64,000 nucleotides of DNA from Eledone cirrhosa (GCA_964016885.1 OZ024742.1:113336001-113400000); one strand, 5' to 3'. Positions 30,351-44,437 are shown, counted from the stretch's first letter. Made by a program: numbers and translations. The notes: generated by a model not told the origin, from the letters alone.

Positions 30351-30930
30351 CATCCTGCTAATTGGAATAATGAGATGATTGATTTCATTTATTTGATATA
30401 ACAAATTGTTTGTTGTATTTAATTATAGATATAGTGCAATTTTAGAGATGAACATAAGATATATGTAAACACTCATGCCAAAGAAAAAAAAATCACAGAA
30501 AAAATCAAAGAAAAAAAATCCTACATCATTTCTATGTCCACGGTAAGTGAATTTATAATGTGAAGTGAGATATCTGTATAACTAGAAGTAGGATAATTAC
30601 ATATGTGAGGAAAGCACCCTATATTTAGTATTGGAGAACTTTGATAGCTACTGAGCTTGCACTGCTAGGATGATTGAAAATAGTGAGGAACAATACACTA
30701 ATCATTAACAGGCGAAACATGCTCATTGATCAAATCCAATCAACCCTCATTTTACATACATAGTTCCATCTCGATATAAGGAAATCAGAAAACTGCACAT
30801 CAATGCGTAGAATGTATCCATTAAGGAATTAAGAAAACCACAAGTAAAGGCGATTATTGTTATCGGTGAAACGCTGGAAGCACATCAATTCTCTCTTTAT
30901 GAATATGTACATATTATCTATCTATCTATC

Positions 30931-31712
30931 GAGGTCTTTCCGTCCAGGGCCTATGAATAACTTCCAGAGGTCTCTGGCCTAGCAGTGCTACCGACGGCTC
31001 TACCAGTTCGAAACAAAATTTACAGGCACGGACGCCCTGGCAGAGATCCTGCCAAAAGTACCTGTGCAAGTTGCGAGCAGGACATCGAAACCGTTCTGCA
31101 CGCAATTGTTCTGTGCCCAGGATGACTGACCTGTGGAATTATATCGAACAGCTACTGTCACGTGTAGGACTGATACAGTTGTCAGCAAGTCCATCGTGAG
31201 GATTACCCCGCCGCCTTCACTTAAGAATGAAGGAGAGGCTGGCTTCCTCTCTTTGGTGGCTATGGCGAAAGAGGTAATATGGTGGACGAGGTTAAAAGGA
31301 CTGAGGGCAAGCACCTTTCTGTCCGTACAACAACTCATCCCCTTCTTTAAGTACCACTTCAGAAGGAAAGTGAGCGTGGAGAGAGAGGTGCTACATTCCA
31401 GTAAATTCGCTGAAAAGTGGTTGAATGTAGCGCGGGTGAATGGGCCTTCTCTGTATAAAACCTGTAGGTTGAGGAAGATAAACAGAGGGGAGAGGGGAAC
31501 ACCTACAAAACGTGTTCTTGGTGTTGAGGCTTGATCTATCCACGGGGTGTAAAACATCCCTGCAGTAGCGTTTCCCCCTAATGTGATTTCAATTGTTTTA
31601 TGTTTATATAGTTTATTGTTATTTATCATCGTTAAAGATTTTATGTAAAACCCCCGCCGTCACGTGTTGTAATGTCCCATTTTTTGTACGCCCCTCTGGC
31701 AAATAAAGAAAT
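30931..31712 (+). mobile_element. L1/Tx1-clade LINE, 5'-truncated 3' end
   Basis: LPVRNKIYRHG..CASCEQDIETVLHAIVLCP (CCHC zf-RVT), then MAKEVIWWTR..KFAEKW; AATAAA near the end; (ATCT)n on both sides. Confidence 0.85.
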
Positions 31713-31732
31713 ATATCTATCTATCTATATAC

Positions 31733-31766
<34 letters not shown>

Positions 31767-31830
31767 TTATATGTGTGTGTGAGTGTGTGTGTTTGAGTAT
31801 GAACACATACACACACCCACATACATATAC

Positions 31831-31935
<105 letters not shown>

Positions 31936-32750
31936 AGTGTGTGTATGTGAGTGTGTGCATGTATTATATAAGCAGAAAGATTAAGCGAAAGAGATGGACA
32001 CGTTGTTAATTATGTCAAAGTATACGTGAGCACCACCTGGCATACATCAAACTTACTGTAAAAACTAGATATTGAGTGGAATAATTATGTTTCTGTTTGC
32101 GTATGTAGTATATAATCAGATAATATAAAACAACAACACTGTCATTGTTCTTTTATTTTCATTATTATTTGATTAATTTGGAATAATAGAGAATCATTTA
32201 ATACATTATGGTATTGCTCGCCACAGAAGATTTTTCTTTACTTAAACATCAGTGAATGTCAGTAAAAAATATGTTTAAATAACTATGGATATTTTTGTTC
32301 TTGTTCCTGCACACCCTCACACTCCACATCATCACGTTTATCATGCCATAAACAATAACTTTATATCTCTTTCAAGTGGGAACATTATGTTATTTAAACA
32401 GAGTAGATTTCACGGAGACAGTTTTCGTAGTCATTACATTCATTTAAATAGATTCAAAGAGTTTATGGTGATAATTTTATCACTTTCGCAGATACTAGTT
32501 AAATTTATTTGTCTTGCCTATTCAAGGTCGATTGCCTTTGAGAAAAAAATGTATTTTATACATTTTAAAGGTTGTAAATCTCAGAATATTTCCATATTCA
32601 GTGTCGTAGAATAGTCATTTGCATGCATTGAAATAAATTTATTATCATACCATTTTTTACTTTTTAAAATGTTATAGATCTGTTTTCAGTTGATCCGGTG
32701 ATCAATATTCTCTCTCTCTCTCTCCTTCTCTCTCTCTCTATCTCTCTCTC

Positions 32751-32875
<125 letters not shown>

Positions 32876-32897
32876 GTATGTAAATATATATATATAT

Positions 32898-32975
<78 letters not shown>

Positions 32976-33093
32976 AGGAAAAAGTATGACCCCGACGGCA
33001 GAGCTCTAGCCGTTTCGACGGCTATTTCTGGACTCATATATATATTATTTAAAATATTAATAAATGAAAATTATTCTCATAATCCAAATATAA

Positions 33094-33154
33094 ATTTTAT
33101 GATACATATTTCAAAGGTACAATGGTGTTTAAGTACGTTTTCATCAGATAAAAT
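33094..33154 (-). ncRNA. Type I hammerhead ribozyme, intact core, in a short pLTR fragment
   Basis: attttat CTGATGA aaac-gtac..gtac-cttt GAAA TATGTA TC ataaaat. Confidence 0.8.
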
Positions 33155-33249
33155 ATATAAGAGATTCGATATGCGTCATACCACTACGGGTTTGATTATT
33201 CATATATACATATATATATACATACATATAATTATATATATACATTTAT

Positions 33250-35530
33250 ATATTGTTATACTTGAGGAGGGTCATATTTGTGTAATATTGCCAGAATCAA
33301 TAACAGAACACAATCACTGTTTGGTTGGTTTATCGCTTCTCGCTTATGTGTCTTTTATATCTGTAATCTAACTTACTCGGTCCTCAATGTTGCCATTGAC
33401 TGACAGACGGTCAAAAATAATACAGATACAATATAGACACAAACACATATATACAGTTTATCATAAATCTTTCGTTGCAACATCGTCAGTGTTTCTATAT
33501 TTTCTTCCTGTTGTATTGTATGTCTACGCCATTTTTATTCACAAGACTCCCATGGGAAGGTGGATTGGGTGGACCAAAGCTATACAGACACCCCAAAACA
33601 ATGATCAGGTAAGAAAAATGGTCGCACATGCAATAGGGGCTAGTATCAAAACTACCCTAAATGGCTACATATTTAAGTTCAACGAGAAGATCTACACCCA
33701 AAATGACGGAGCAGCGATCGGCGTCAGCATAGCTGGTGATGTTGCCAACCTTTTCATGGTATGGTGGAAAAGGAGACTTAAAGATCTCCTTAATGAGAGC
33801 TCCATAGACATCATCATATACTCTCGTTCTGTAGACGATAACAATATAGTTATAAGAACACCCCCACTAGAGAGCACTAACAAGTTTGATTTAGAACGTA
33901 GCACGATCGAAAGCATCCAGCAGATAGCTAATTCCATACACCAGAGTATAACTGTAACTATCGACTTCCCTTCCAAACACCCTAACAATGAGACTACCTG
34001 TATTAGACACAGAACTATGGATTAACACTATAGACGAGAGAGCCCAAATTCTCCACTCACACTATGCTAAACCCATGGCCTCCAAATACCTGATACTCAA
34101 AAACTCAGCAATGTCCAGTAGTGCTAAGTTTAATATTCTGATCGCAGATTTGGTACGAGTGATGAAGAATGTGTCCCGCATGTGCGACTCAACAGAAATG
34201 GAAAGACACATCCAACACTTCATCAACCGCATGCAGTTCTCTGGCTACAACCAAAGAGACAGAGTCAGAGTATACGAAGGAGCCATGGAGAAGTATAAGA
34301 CCCTCATAGAACTGGACATGAAAGGAATTTGCCCATTATACAGGAGCAAATCATGGAATAGCTTAGATAGGGCTAGACATAAGGTAGGGAAAGCCACCTC
34401 ATGGTACGACAACCAGAGATACCAGAGTGTCATGTTTGTGGACGCTACCCCTGGAGGGAAATTAGCTAACCAGTGTAGAAAGGCCCTGAGAAAGACCCAC
34501 TTAAAAATAAAGGTGGTAGAAAAGCCATGAACCACCATAAAGTCCCTGATCAGCAAAACCTACCTTTTTTAGAAAACCCACTGTACCAATAGGAAATGTA
34601 TCATATGTAAGGTGAACCCCCGGATAAGCTGTAAAACTAGGAACGTAGTCTATAGCATAAGATGTACAGAGGGTACTTGCAGAAACATGACCACAACATA
34701 CATAGGTGAGACAGCTCGTAGCATAGGTGAAAGGATAGACCAAAACTGGGAGGAACTAAAAGGACGAAAAAACGGGTCAGTACAGTACGAACATGCTAGA
34801 CAACAACATGACGGCAACATAGACAACATAGAAATTAGAATAATATCTAAACATAGAAATGACCCAGCAGATAGGCAAATCAGAGAGGCTAGTGAAATAG
34901 AAATTAGAAGACCAAGACTAAACAGAAAGAATGCATGGAATAACAACAACACCCAAACAAAGAACACTGACCGAAGAGAAGTCTAAATAATAAAAAAAAA
35001 AAAAAATAAAAATAAATAAATAAATAAATACATACGCAAGCACAATAAGAACAAGCGCATAAACACACACTAGTCACCCATCACACAGCAAACAAAACAC
35101 TATACACACACGCAAACGCATGCGCAAAGAAGACAAAATAAAATAAACAAACAAGCAAATAAATAAATAAATATATAGACAGACTGAATAAAAATGGCGT
35201 AGACATACAATACAACAGGAGGAAAATATAGCACCACTGACGATGTTGCAAATGTGCAACCAAAGATTTATGATAAACTATATATATGTGTTTGTGTCTA
35301 TATTGTATCTGTATTATATTTGACCGTCGGTCAGTCAATGGCAACATTGAGGACCGAGTAAGTTAGATTACCGATATAAAAGACACATAAGCGAGAAGCG
35401 AAAACCAACCAAACAGTGAGTGTGTTCTGTTATAAATACTGGCAATATTACACAAATATCACCCTCCCCAAGTATAACGATATTTGTTTCGACACACGAT
35501 TTCATATAAAGACCCTCGCAAAACTAATAC
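33250..35530 (+). mobile_element. 5'-truncated PLE: inverted pLTR 33250-33540, RT/GIY-YIG 33540-34986, 3' pLTR
   Basis: YTQNDGAAIGVSIAG.VANLFM, YSRSVDD, LPVLDTELW, NVVYSIRC..YIGETARSIGERI; 33250-33540 is the reverse complement of 35185-35485; HHR-like motifs at ~33460-33495 (-) and ~35228-35282 (+). Confidence 0.9.
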
Positions 35531-35725
<195 letters not shown>

Positions 35726-35736
35726 TATACATATAT

Positions 35737-35814
<78 letters not shown>

Positions 35815-35863
35815 TCCATGTGCCATTACCGACCTCAATTTTCTCTCTCTCTCTCTCTATATA

Positions 35864-37267
35864 TATGATGACTGTCTTCTTCTTTCTAACAACCTTAGCC
35901 TTTCAGAAATCGAAAAAAACAAAAAGCATATTAGAACTTTCCTTAAAGACTATTATAATCTTAATATTACTTTTGAAAAAACAAGTAAAGTAGTAAATTT
36001 CCTAGATATAACTTTAGATTTAGCTACGGGTATATACCAACCTTACCATAAACCTAACCAAAACTTACATTACATACACTCACAATCTAATCACCCTAAA
36101 TCTATCCTTAAAAACCTTGCATATAATATATCACTTAGAATTTCTAACCTTTCTTCTAACCAAGATGTATTTGATAAAAATGCGACCTTTTATAATGAAG
36201 CTCTAGATAGAAGTGGCCACAAAAATAGATTAGAGTATATAACTTCTACTAAAAATACTGAAAACATACAGCATAATATTACCAACAAACACCAAATGAA
36301 AAGTACACACCTAAATGCCACCCACAGTATACCCCAAAATACTAAATCTTCTAATATAAAGTATAGTAACCCTCAAAAAACTACTCATCATAAGACTATA
36401 ATAAATATTAATAATAAAACTCCTAATAAAAAAGATAAAACACCTAAATCTACAAATATAACTAAAAATAGTTGTGGTGTTATCATTAACATTATTCCTC
36501 CTAGTAAAAATCATGATACAACATATAAAAATAATAAAAATAATAAACAACATAGAAACCGTAATAGACGGGTTACTTGGTATAATGCTCCTTTTAATTT
36601 ACAAGTTAAGGATAATATTGCTAAAAAATTTTTTTATATCCTTGAGAAAAACTTCCCGCCAAACCACAAATACCATCAAATCTTAAATAGGTCTACAGTT
36701 AAATTCTCATATTCTACAACAAATAACATAAAACAAAATATAAGTGCATATAATGCATATAAATGTAAGAAAACTATAAGTATACCACCAGTACATCAAA
36801 TTAACAATAATATCTCCTCAAATACAGAATTAACGAAAGGATGTAACTGTAGAAACAAAACAAACTGCCCATTAAAAGGGAATTGTCTTGTTAACAACAT
36901 AGTCTATAAATGTAATGTTAAAACTAAAGATTCTATTTGCTCATATATAGGAGCTACCTCTAACAATTTTAAGACAAGGTATAATACCCACAAACATAGC
37001 TTTAAAAATGCCGCACTGGCTAATACAACATCTCTAGCAGAAAAAATCAATAGTTATAAAAATAAAAATATAAAATATGATTTGACCTGGAGTGTGCTCA
37101 AAAGAGCCACCTCTTATCAAAATAATAGAAAGGAATGTAGATTATGTTCCCAAGAACTATTTGAAATAATGAAGTCTAGGGATATCTTATTAAATAAAAG
37201 ACAGGAATTAATTATATCGTGTAATCATAAACTAAAAAAAACATTTAAATATTATAAACCTAATTAA
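35864..37267 (+). CDS. PLE ORF C-terminal part (RT thumb + GIY-YIG), open frame but 5'-truncated at the DD motif
   Basis: [67 protein letters not shown]; the upstream part of the ORF call is (TA)n. Confidence 0.85.
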   Translation, partial: YDDCLLLSNNLSLSEIEKNKKHIRTFLKDYYNLNITFEKTSKVVNFLDITLDLATGIYQPYHKPNQNLHYIHSQSNHPKSILKNLAYNISLRISNLSSNQDVFDKNATFYNEALDRSGHKNRLEYITSTKNTENIQHNITNKHQMKSTHLNATHSIPQNTKSSNIKYSNPQKTTHHKTIININNKTPNKKDKTPKSTNITKNSCGVIINIIPPSKNHDTTYKNNKNNKQHRNRNRRVTWYNAPFNLQVKDNIAKKFFYILEKNFPPNHKYHQILNRSTVKFSYSTTNNIKQNISAYNAYKCKKTISIPPVHQINNNISSNTELTKGCNCRNKTNCPLKGNCLVNNIVYKCNVKTKDSICSYIGATSNNFKTRYNTHKHSFKNAALANTTSLAEKINSYKNKNIKYDLTWSVLKRATSYQNNRKECRLCSQELFEIMKSRDILLNKRQELIISCNHKLKKTFKYYKPN

Positions 37268-39002
37268 TAACATTATTCTAGAATTTAATTTAATTTAAAT
37301 GTTAGTTAACCTATAAATTTAATTTAATTAATATTTTATTACAGATGAGAAAATATTATGTAATCATTAATTTTGAAAAACCTTTAAATATTACTAATAT
37401 ATATTCAGTAATTTAATTTATAGATTAATTTTAACTTATTTTAACCTTTTATTATAATTTTTTAATTTAATTTAACCTTTTATTATAATTTTTTTTTATT
37501 ATAATTCTTTTACAGATAAAATATAACAAAATAATATCATGTATCCTATGACGGAGAAAGAATTTTTAGTATTATTGACCTAATTAATATACATTTTGGA
37601 AATATATTTATTATTTGGTTTTAGCTTTAATCAACCTAAAACTTTAATTTTAATTTTAATTTGCTTAAAATTAGTATCCTTGTACAGACGAATTGCAGAA
37701 TTTCATGTAATCATAGAATGGGAAGTGTTTTTGGATATATACCTAGTTAATATATTCTGTGCAAATTTTTTGAAAAAGATATGTATATCTATATGTATAT
37801 GTATATGTGTGTATTGTATGTGTATCTGTATGTATATTTATGTGACTATATATGTATGTATGTGTATATATATGTATATATATATATATATATGTGTATG
37901 TATATGTATATGTATGTGTATGTGTATGTATATGTATGTGTATGCGTATTAATTTTGATTTTTATTTGCATATAATTATATTATGCTATTGAAGAAATAC
38001 AATATCTGCTTTATGTATTGTATACCTAATTAACATATACTAATTAACATATACTATTGAAATAAATATATAATTTTTAACTTAGTTAACATATAATTTA
38101 TATGCTACTACCGATGTAATACTTTATTTTATTTTTATTTGGGTTTCTTTTCCCTATTACTAAATTCATCTCCTAATATTGATACCATAACGTTATTAAC
38201 TTTAATTTAGTTATAATGTAATTAATAATCTACTACTGTTTGACTTCATAATTCTGCTTCAAATATTATAAACCTAACTAATTTACACCTTGGAAATCAA
38301 TATGTTGACTATCTTTGGTTTAGTTGACATATGATTAATGGTATACTTTTTTATTTTTTTTTTTTATTTTGTGATGCATAGATTTCGTATTTCCTAGCAC
38401 TGAAAATATGTAAGAACATACATTGAATTAAGATATGGAAAATATTATAGGTTTCTTGAAACATATATTTACTTTGATCCCCTTCTCCAAACCCCCCCCT
38501 TTCCCCCATACTATTATCATCTGTTTTTGTAAGTGTATATGTATGAATATATGTGTAGATGGGTGTCTATATAGTTTTTTTGGTATTTATTTCTAAATAT
38601 AAAATTACATATATGAGCATGTAAATATGAATGTAAGATTGAGTGTGTATATATGATTGTACATAGATATGTATGTATATATATGTATATATATGTATTA
38701 TATATGTACGTGTATGTGAATGCGTGGTATATATATGTGTATGTATATGTATATATGTGTGTGTATGTGTATGCTTGTATATAGGAATATATATGTGTGT
38801 ATATATGTATATATATGTATATGCGTGTTTGTATGTATGTGTATATGGGTTCTGTATATATTTGTATGTCTCTCTATTTATATGTTTATCTTCGTATCTA
38901 TGTGATATATGTGTGTGTGTGTGCACGTATGCATATGTATGTGTTTGTGTGTGTTTGTATGTGTGTGTGTATATATATGTATGTATTTGCGCACACTCAC
39001 AT

Positions 39003-39037
<35 letters not shown>

Positions 39038-39124
39038 AGTGTGTATGTGTGTCTGTATGTGTGTGCGTGTGTGTATATGTGTATATATATATATGTGTGT
39101 ATGTATGTGTATGTGTGTGTATAT

Positions 39125-39162
<38 letters not shown>

Positions 39163-39301
39163 ATATAGGTGTCTATGTGTGAATATATGTCTTTATTCGT
39201 ATGTGTGTATTTATATATGTTTATATTTAGGTGTATGTATGTATGTGTATGTATGTATGTATATGTATGTATGTGTATGTATATGTGTATATGTGTGTAT
39301 A

Positions 39302-39332
<31 letters not shown>

Positions 39333-39543
39333 TATTCTTTATTATTATTGTAATATAACTTATGTGTATATGTGTATAAGTGAGGTTGTGTATGTATATA
39401 TACTATGTGTATATATAAGAGTAATGAAATATATATATATATATATATGTGCATGTCTGTATTTTATGTGTGTGTGTATATATATATGTGTATGTGTGTA
39501 TATATGTATGTATATATACATATATGTGTACGTGTGTGTATGT

Positions 39544-39594
<51 letters not shown>

Positions 39595-39705
39595 TGGATG
39601 TTTGTATGTGTTTTCATGGTGGTATGAGTGTGGGATATATATGTTTATGTATAAGTATATGTATGTGTATGTGTATATATATATGAGTCTATGTGTGTGT
39701 GTATA

Positions 39706-39764
<59 letters not shown>

Positions 39765-40531
39765 ATGTGTGTATGTGTTGCGCGTGTGTGTGTCCGTATT
39801 TTTATCTTTTTATATGTGTATGTGTATGTTCGTGTAAATGTATGTGTGTGTATGACAGTATAGGTATGTGTGTATGTATGTATGTGTAGATATCTCTATG
39901 TGCGCGTACATGTATGTATGTGTATGTATATCTGTATGCGTATGTACATTATATTATATGTAATATATTTTATTGTTTTTATTTTTTTATTTTTCATAAT
40001 TTATAGATACATTTATATTAGGCTGTCTGGTCTGACAACCTAATACTGACCCCTCCCCCCCCTCCCACCTAATTTCTGTATCTTGATCTTGAAATGTGTG
40101 TACCAGTGTGTTTATGTGAGTGACTTAATTTCTATTTGCTTATGATTTTATATCCACATATATAAATGTGAGTGGGGGAGTGTGTGTGTTTGTGTGTTCG
40201 TGGTTATGTGTATATTTATATATATACGCACATGTATGTGTGATTATACTGATATGTGTGAGTATGAAAAAAATATATTTATATGCTTGACTCCATAAGT
40301 ATCATTGCGTATCTTATCAGCGCATTAAGCTTACAGAGATATTAACCTTGAAATTTTTTATTTGCATCCATCTTTTTAGTATGCACATACAAATTATACA
40401 CACATTATTGTAAAATGTGTGTAGGGTTTTACATGTATATACACACACCAAACTGCTTTTTAACCCTTTGTGTTTTCATTGGTCAATTTTGAACTGATAT
40501 TTTGAATTGTTGTTATTATCAATAAATATAC

Positions 40532-40686
40532 TTCATTATTTCTGAAGACGGCGTATATATGAGTTAGGTATGTATATTTAATCTTGATAATTTGTATAAT
40601 TTTGTATAATTTTGTACATAGATCTGTTAAATATGTATACCAATTATAACACATATATACCCTAGAAACGATCGTTAAATAGTGAA
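40532..40686 (+). ncRNA. Type I hammerhead with ~116 nt stem II
   Basis: ttcattattt CTGAAGA [40549-40664] GAAA CGATCG TT aaatagtgaa; 10 bp stem I and palindromic ACGATCGT. Confidence 0.75.
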
Positions 40687-40945
40687 CTTTTTTTGTTTAA
40701 TATAAGGAATTGTTTGTTCATTATTTGTTTAATATTTTATCTTGACTCTGTATACCGTTTATCTTTCACCGAAATTGGATTTTCATTACATCTCTTCTTT
40801 CCATGATATCCGGAATACATTGAGTTCTTCATACGGATTGGACACTACCGTAAACTCTTGGTAGATTTATCTACATATATATATATATATATTTTCATAA
40901 GGAAAGTATATACTTTCGAACGTTCAACTATCTGGCAGATGGGTA

Positions 40946-40990
40946 AACGGTGCTGATGATAGCTAACAAGCTTGAAACTAGTACATCGTT
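40946..40990 (+). ncRNA. Minimal type I hammerhead (unit E), intact
   Basis: aacggtg CTGATGA tagctaacaagctt GAAA CTAG TA catcgtt. Confidence 0.85.
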
Positions 40991-41414
40991 CCTGTGTCAG
41001 TGTTGAACAAAAAGGTGACGTGGTTGCCTTAACACCGTATGGCATAAATTCAGGCTGTTCTGTTTGTTGACAAACAAGCGAACAAAGCTGCGTTATAATA
41101 AACGTCGGCTAAACTGATGCGTGCATATATGTATGTGTACCTGTATGCATATGTGTATATATATATATATATATATGCATGCTACTGTACGTCTGTATAC
41201 ATATATGTATGTACGTTTACATACATACATACATTTAAGTAAGTGCCATACTAAGAGTGAGAAATGAAATTTCGTTTTCATTTTTTTTCAACTTGTCGTT
41301 TTCGGTATGCCTGACCGATTTAACTCACTCAATATGCAAATTAGGCTGCTCAGCCGTTAATTCTCATGAGGAAAGTATATACTTTCGAACGTTCAACTAT
41401 CTGGCAGATGGGTA

Positions 41415-41459
41415 ATCGGTGCTGATGATAGCTAACAAGCTTGAAACTAGTACATCGTT
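41415..41459 (+). ncRNA. Minimal type I hammerhead (unit F), intact core
   Basis: atcggtg CTGATGA tagctaacaagctt GAAA CTAG TA catcgtt. Confidence 0.83.
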
Positions 41460-41717
41460 CCTGTGTCAGTGTTGAACAGAAAAAAAAAAAAAACAGGTGA
41501 CGTGGTTGCCTTAACACCGTATGGCATAAATTCAGGCTGTTCTGTTTGTTGACAAACAAGCGAACAAAGCTGCGTTATAATAAACGTCGGCTAAACTGAT
41601 GCGTGCATATATGTATTTGTACCTGTATGCATATGTGTATATATATATATATATATATGCATGCTACTGTACGTCTGTATACATATATGTATGTACGTAT
41701 ACATACGTATACATACA

Positions 41718-41795
<78 letters not shown>

Positions 41796-41799
<4 letters not shown>

Positions 41800-42303
41800 G
41801 AGGTTGGTAATGGCACATGGAATATATAAGAGACAGAATACTTTTTTGTGAAAAAACATAATTTTATAAGGTAAGGAAATAATAAAGGGTATAAAAAATG
41901 ACCGGTTTCGATGGGTCTGCAAAAGCCATCTTTTCAAATGAAGATTAATATTAAGAAAAATTAATAATACGAAGAGTTAAAACTTGAGATTTGAAAATTC
42001 AAGTATAAAATTCATTGTGGGATATCATAGCAGTTTTCATCTAGGTAGCAACAACAGGTTGACTGCTGTGTCCCTTTCTGGTAGTGAATGACAAGTTATT
42101 TGGGGTGTGGGTTATTTTATAAAGGTCAGATTAACAATCGTCAACTGGCCAGCTGCTGGTCAGTGAGGTGGTGGAAGCAATACACATACACATATCTTCC
42201 TGTGGTGGGTAGGAGAGTGGAGCGTGATAGAAAGGGATTTAGTGCACTTACACCTATATATACACACATAACTTCACCCACACATACATACATATACATA
42301 TAC

Positions 42304-42346
<43 letters not shown>

Positions 42347-42407
42347 CACACATACATACACACACACATACATATACATACACACATACACACACATATA
42401 TACACAT

Positions 42408-42458
<51 letters not shown>

Positions 42459-42521
42459 TATATATACATACACATACATCCAGATACACACATACATACA
42501 CACACACACACACATATATAT

Positions 42522-42552
<31 letters not shown>

Positions 42553-42616
42553 CACCCCCCCCACACACACATACATACACACACACACACATATATATAT
42601 ATATACATACACACAT

Positions 42617-42649
<33 letters not shown>

Positions 42650-43770
42650 TACACACACACATATACACACACACACACACGCATATATATATATATACAC
42701 ATACGCATACATCCAGATACACACATACATACACACACACACACGCACACACAATACATACATGCACATGCACACACATATACACACACATACACATATA
42801 CACATACATACACCCACACACATAGAAATGGCCTCCAAATATATATATATATATATATACATACAGACACATATATTTTTTCCATAATATAAGAAGTTGG
42901 GACAGTGAAATTAAAATACAAGTCATTCTGATCACATTGAGTTCTTGATGTAGATTGGGCCCCGCAACCGACAGTGGTGAATTATGTGTGCGCATATATA
43001 TATAGATATATGTGTGTGCACGTGCAGGGTTTAACATGGATGTGTTGGTCACACAACAAAGGCATGGTCTGTCAACGAATATACCTGATTCTACAGAATT
43101 GGTCTCTGGTCTTTAATAGTAGTAATTCCGTGCGTATGTGTGTTTATATTTTATGACAATTCTATTGGGGTGATAACCCGTTTAGTTTTGGTTTAAATTT
43201 GTTAAGGAATAGATCTTCTTTGTTTATTCTTTGTTGGTGTGTGAACGAATCTGAGCACTTGTAGAAGGGGAAGATCTTAAAGTTGGGTAGTATCATTCCT
43301 GCGCAGTTCGCAATATGGCTGCTCAAGGGGATTTTTCTTGTGTTAGCGTCCCGGATTTGTTGGCGGTGGATGGTCATTCTTTTGCGTAATGATGTGCCCG
43401 TCTCTCCTATGTAGTTGTGTTTGCACCCACCGCAAGTTATTGCGTAAATCAAGTTCTCCGAGTTGCAGGTGAAATTGTTTTTTACTGTAAATGTTTGGCC
43501 ATCTTTGAATGTAAATGTTTGTCCTTCAGTGAGGTAGAGGCACGTTCCACAGCTTGTTCTACCACATTTGGTAACTGTAGGGTTGAGGATTGGTTTGGGT
43601 ATATTTGGTCCAGTGAGAATGCGTTTAAGTGATTTGGGTTGTCTTTTACTTTTAAGGATCTTGTGTGTTTCAAGAATAGACTTCATTTTTACATCTTTAA
43701 GTAGGATGGGGAGGTTTTTGTGTAGGTGATCAAACATTTCGGTATTTCTGGGGTTGTGTATGTATGTCTG

Positions 43771-43811
<41 letters not shown>

Positions 43812-44357
43812 GTATATGTATATGTATGTATGTGTGGGTGAAGGTATGTGTGTATATATAGGTGTAAGTGCACTAAATCCCTTTCTATCACGCTCCACTC
43901 CCCTACCCACCACAGGAAGATATGTGTATGTATATTGCTTCCACCCCCTCACTGACCAGCAGCTGGCCAGTTGACGATTGCTAAATCTGACCTTTATAAA
44001 ATAACCCACACCCCAAATAACTTCTCATTCACTACCAGAAAGGGACACAGCAGTCAACCTGTTGTTGCTACCTAGATGAAAACTGCTATGAAATCCCACA
44101 ATGAATTTTATACTTGAATTTTCAAATCTCAAGTTTTAACTCTTCGTATTATTAATTTTTCTTAATATTAATCAACATTTGAAAAGATGCCTTTTGCAGA
44201 CCCATCGAAACCGGTCATTTTTTATACCCTTTATTATTTCCTTACCTTATAAAATTATGTTTTTTCACAAAAAAGTATTCTGTCTCTTATATATTCCATG
44301 TGCCATTACCAACCTCAATTTTCTCTATAACCTTCGTTTTGTGTAGAAAATTACACT

Positions 44358-44362
<5 letters not shown>
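41796..44362 (-). mobile_element. 5'-truncated Neptune-like PLE: pLTR 41796-43160, GIY-YIG 43162-43760, inverted pLTR 43765-44362
   Basis: 43770-44320 is the reverse complement of 41796-42340; variant HHRs at 41895-41940 (-) and 44174-44222 (+). Confidence 0.9.
43162..43737 (-). CDS. PLE GIY-YIG endonuclease domain with Cys-rich linker (truncated ORF)
   Basis: RQPKSLKRIL, KCGRTSCGTC, FTCNSENLIYAITCGGCKHNYIGETGTSLRKRMTIHRQQI, PKLN. Confidence 0.88.
   Translation of the reverse strand: MFDHLHKNLPILLKDVKMKSILETHKILKSKRQPKSLKRILTGPNIPKPILNPTVTKCGRTSCGTCLYLTEGQTFTFKDGQTFTVKNNFTCNSENLIYAITCGGCKHNYIGETGTSLRKRMTIHRQQIRDANTRKIPLSSHIANCAGMILPNFKIFPFYKCSDSFTHQQRINKEDLFLNKFKPKLNGLSPQ

Positions 44363-44437
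<75 letters not shown>

Larger units (their letters stand above)
35864..40875 (+). mobile_element. PLE with an apparently ~3.6 kb microsatellite-rich 3' UTR/pLTR
   Basis: ORF followed by continuous AT/TG-rich sequence ending in a same-strand HHR at 40532-40686; the continuity is inferred. Confidence 0.6.
40891..41720 (+). repeat. Second retrozyme-like array (~1.8 units, period 469 bp)
   Basis: Same unit as 11588-13119; flanked by (TA)n. Confidence 0.9.

Noticed and set aside
30470-30550. Lys-rich mini-ORF ending in a GTAAGT donor
   Set aside because: Low complexity; an isolated donor consensus is expected by chance.
33387-33540. N-terminus of the 212 aa ORF
   Set aside because: It lies in the inverted pLTR and is fused in frame to the RT by chance.
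40795-40860. Second HHR after the long-stem one
   Set aside because: atccg/cggat pair, but both core segments are too degenerate to call.
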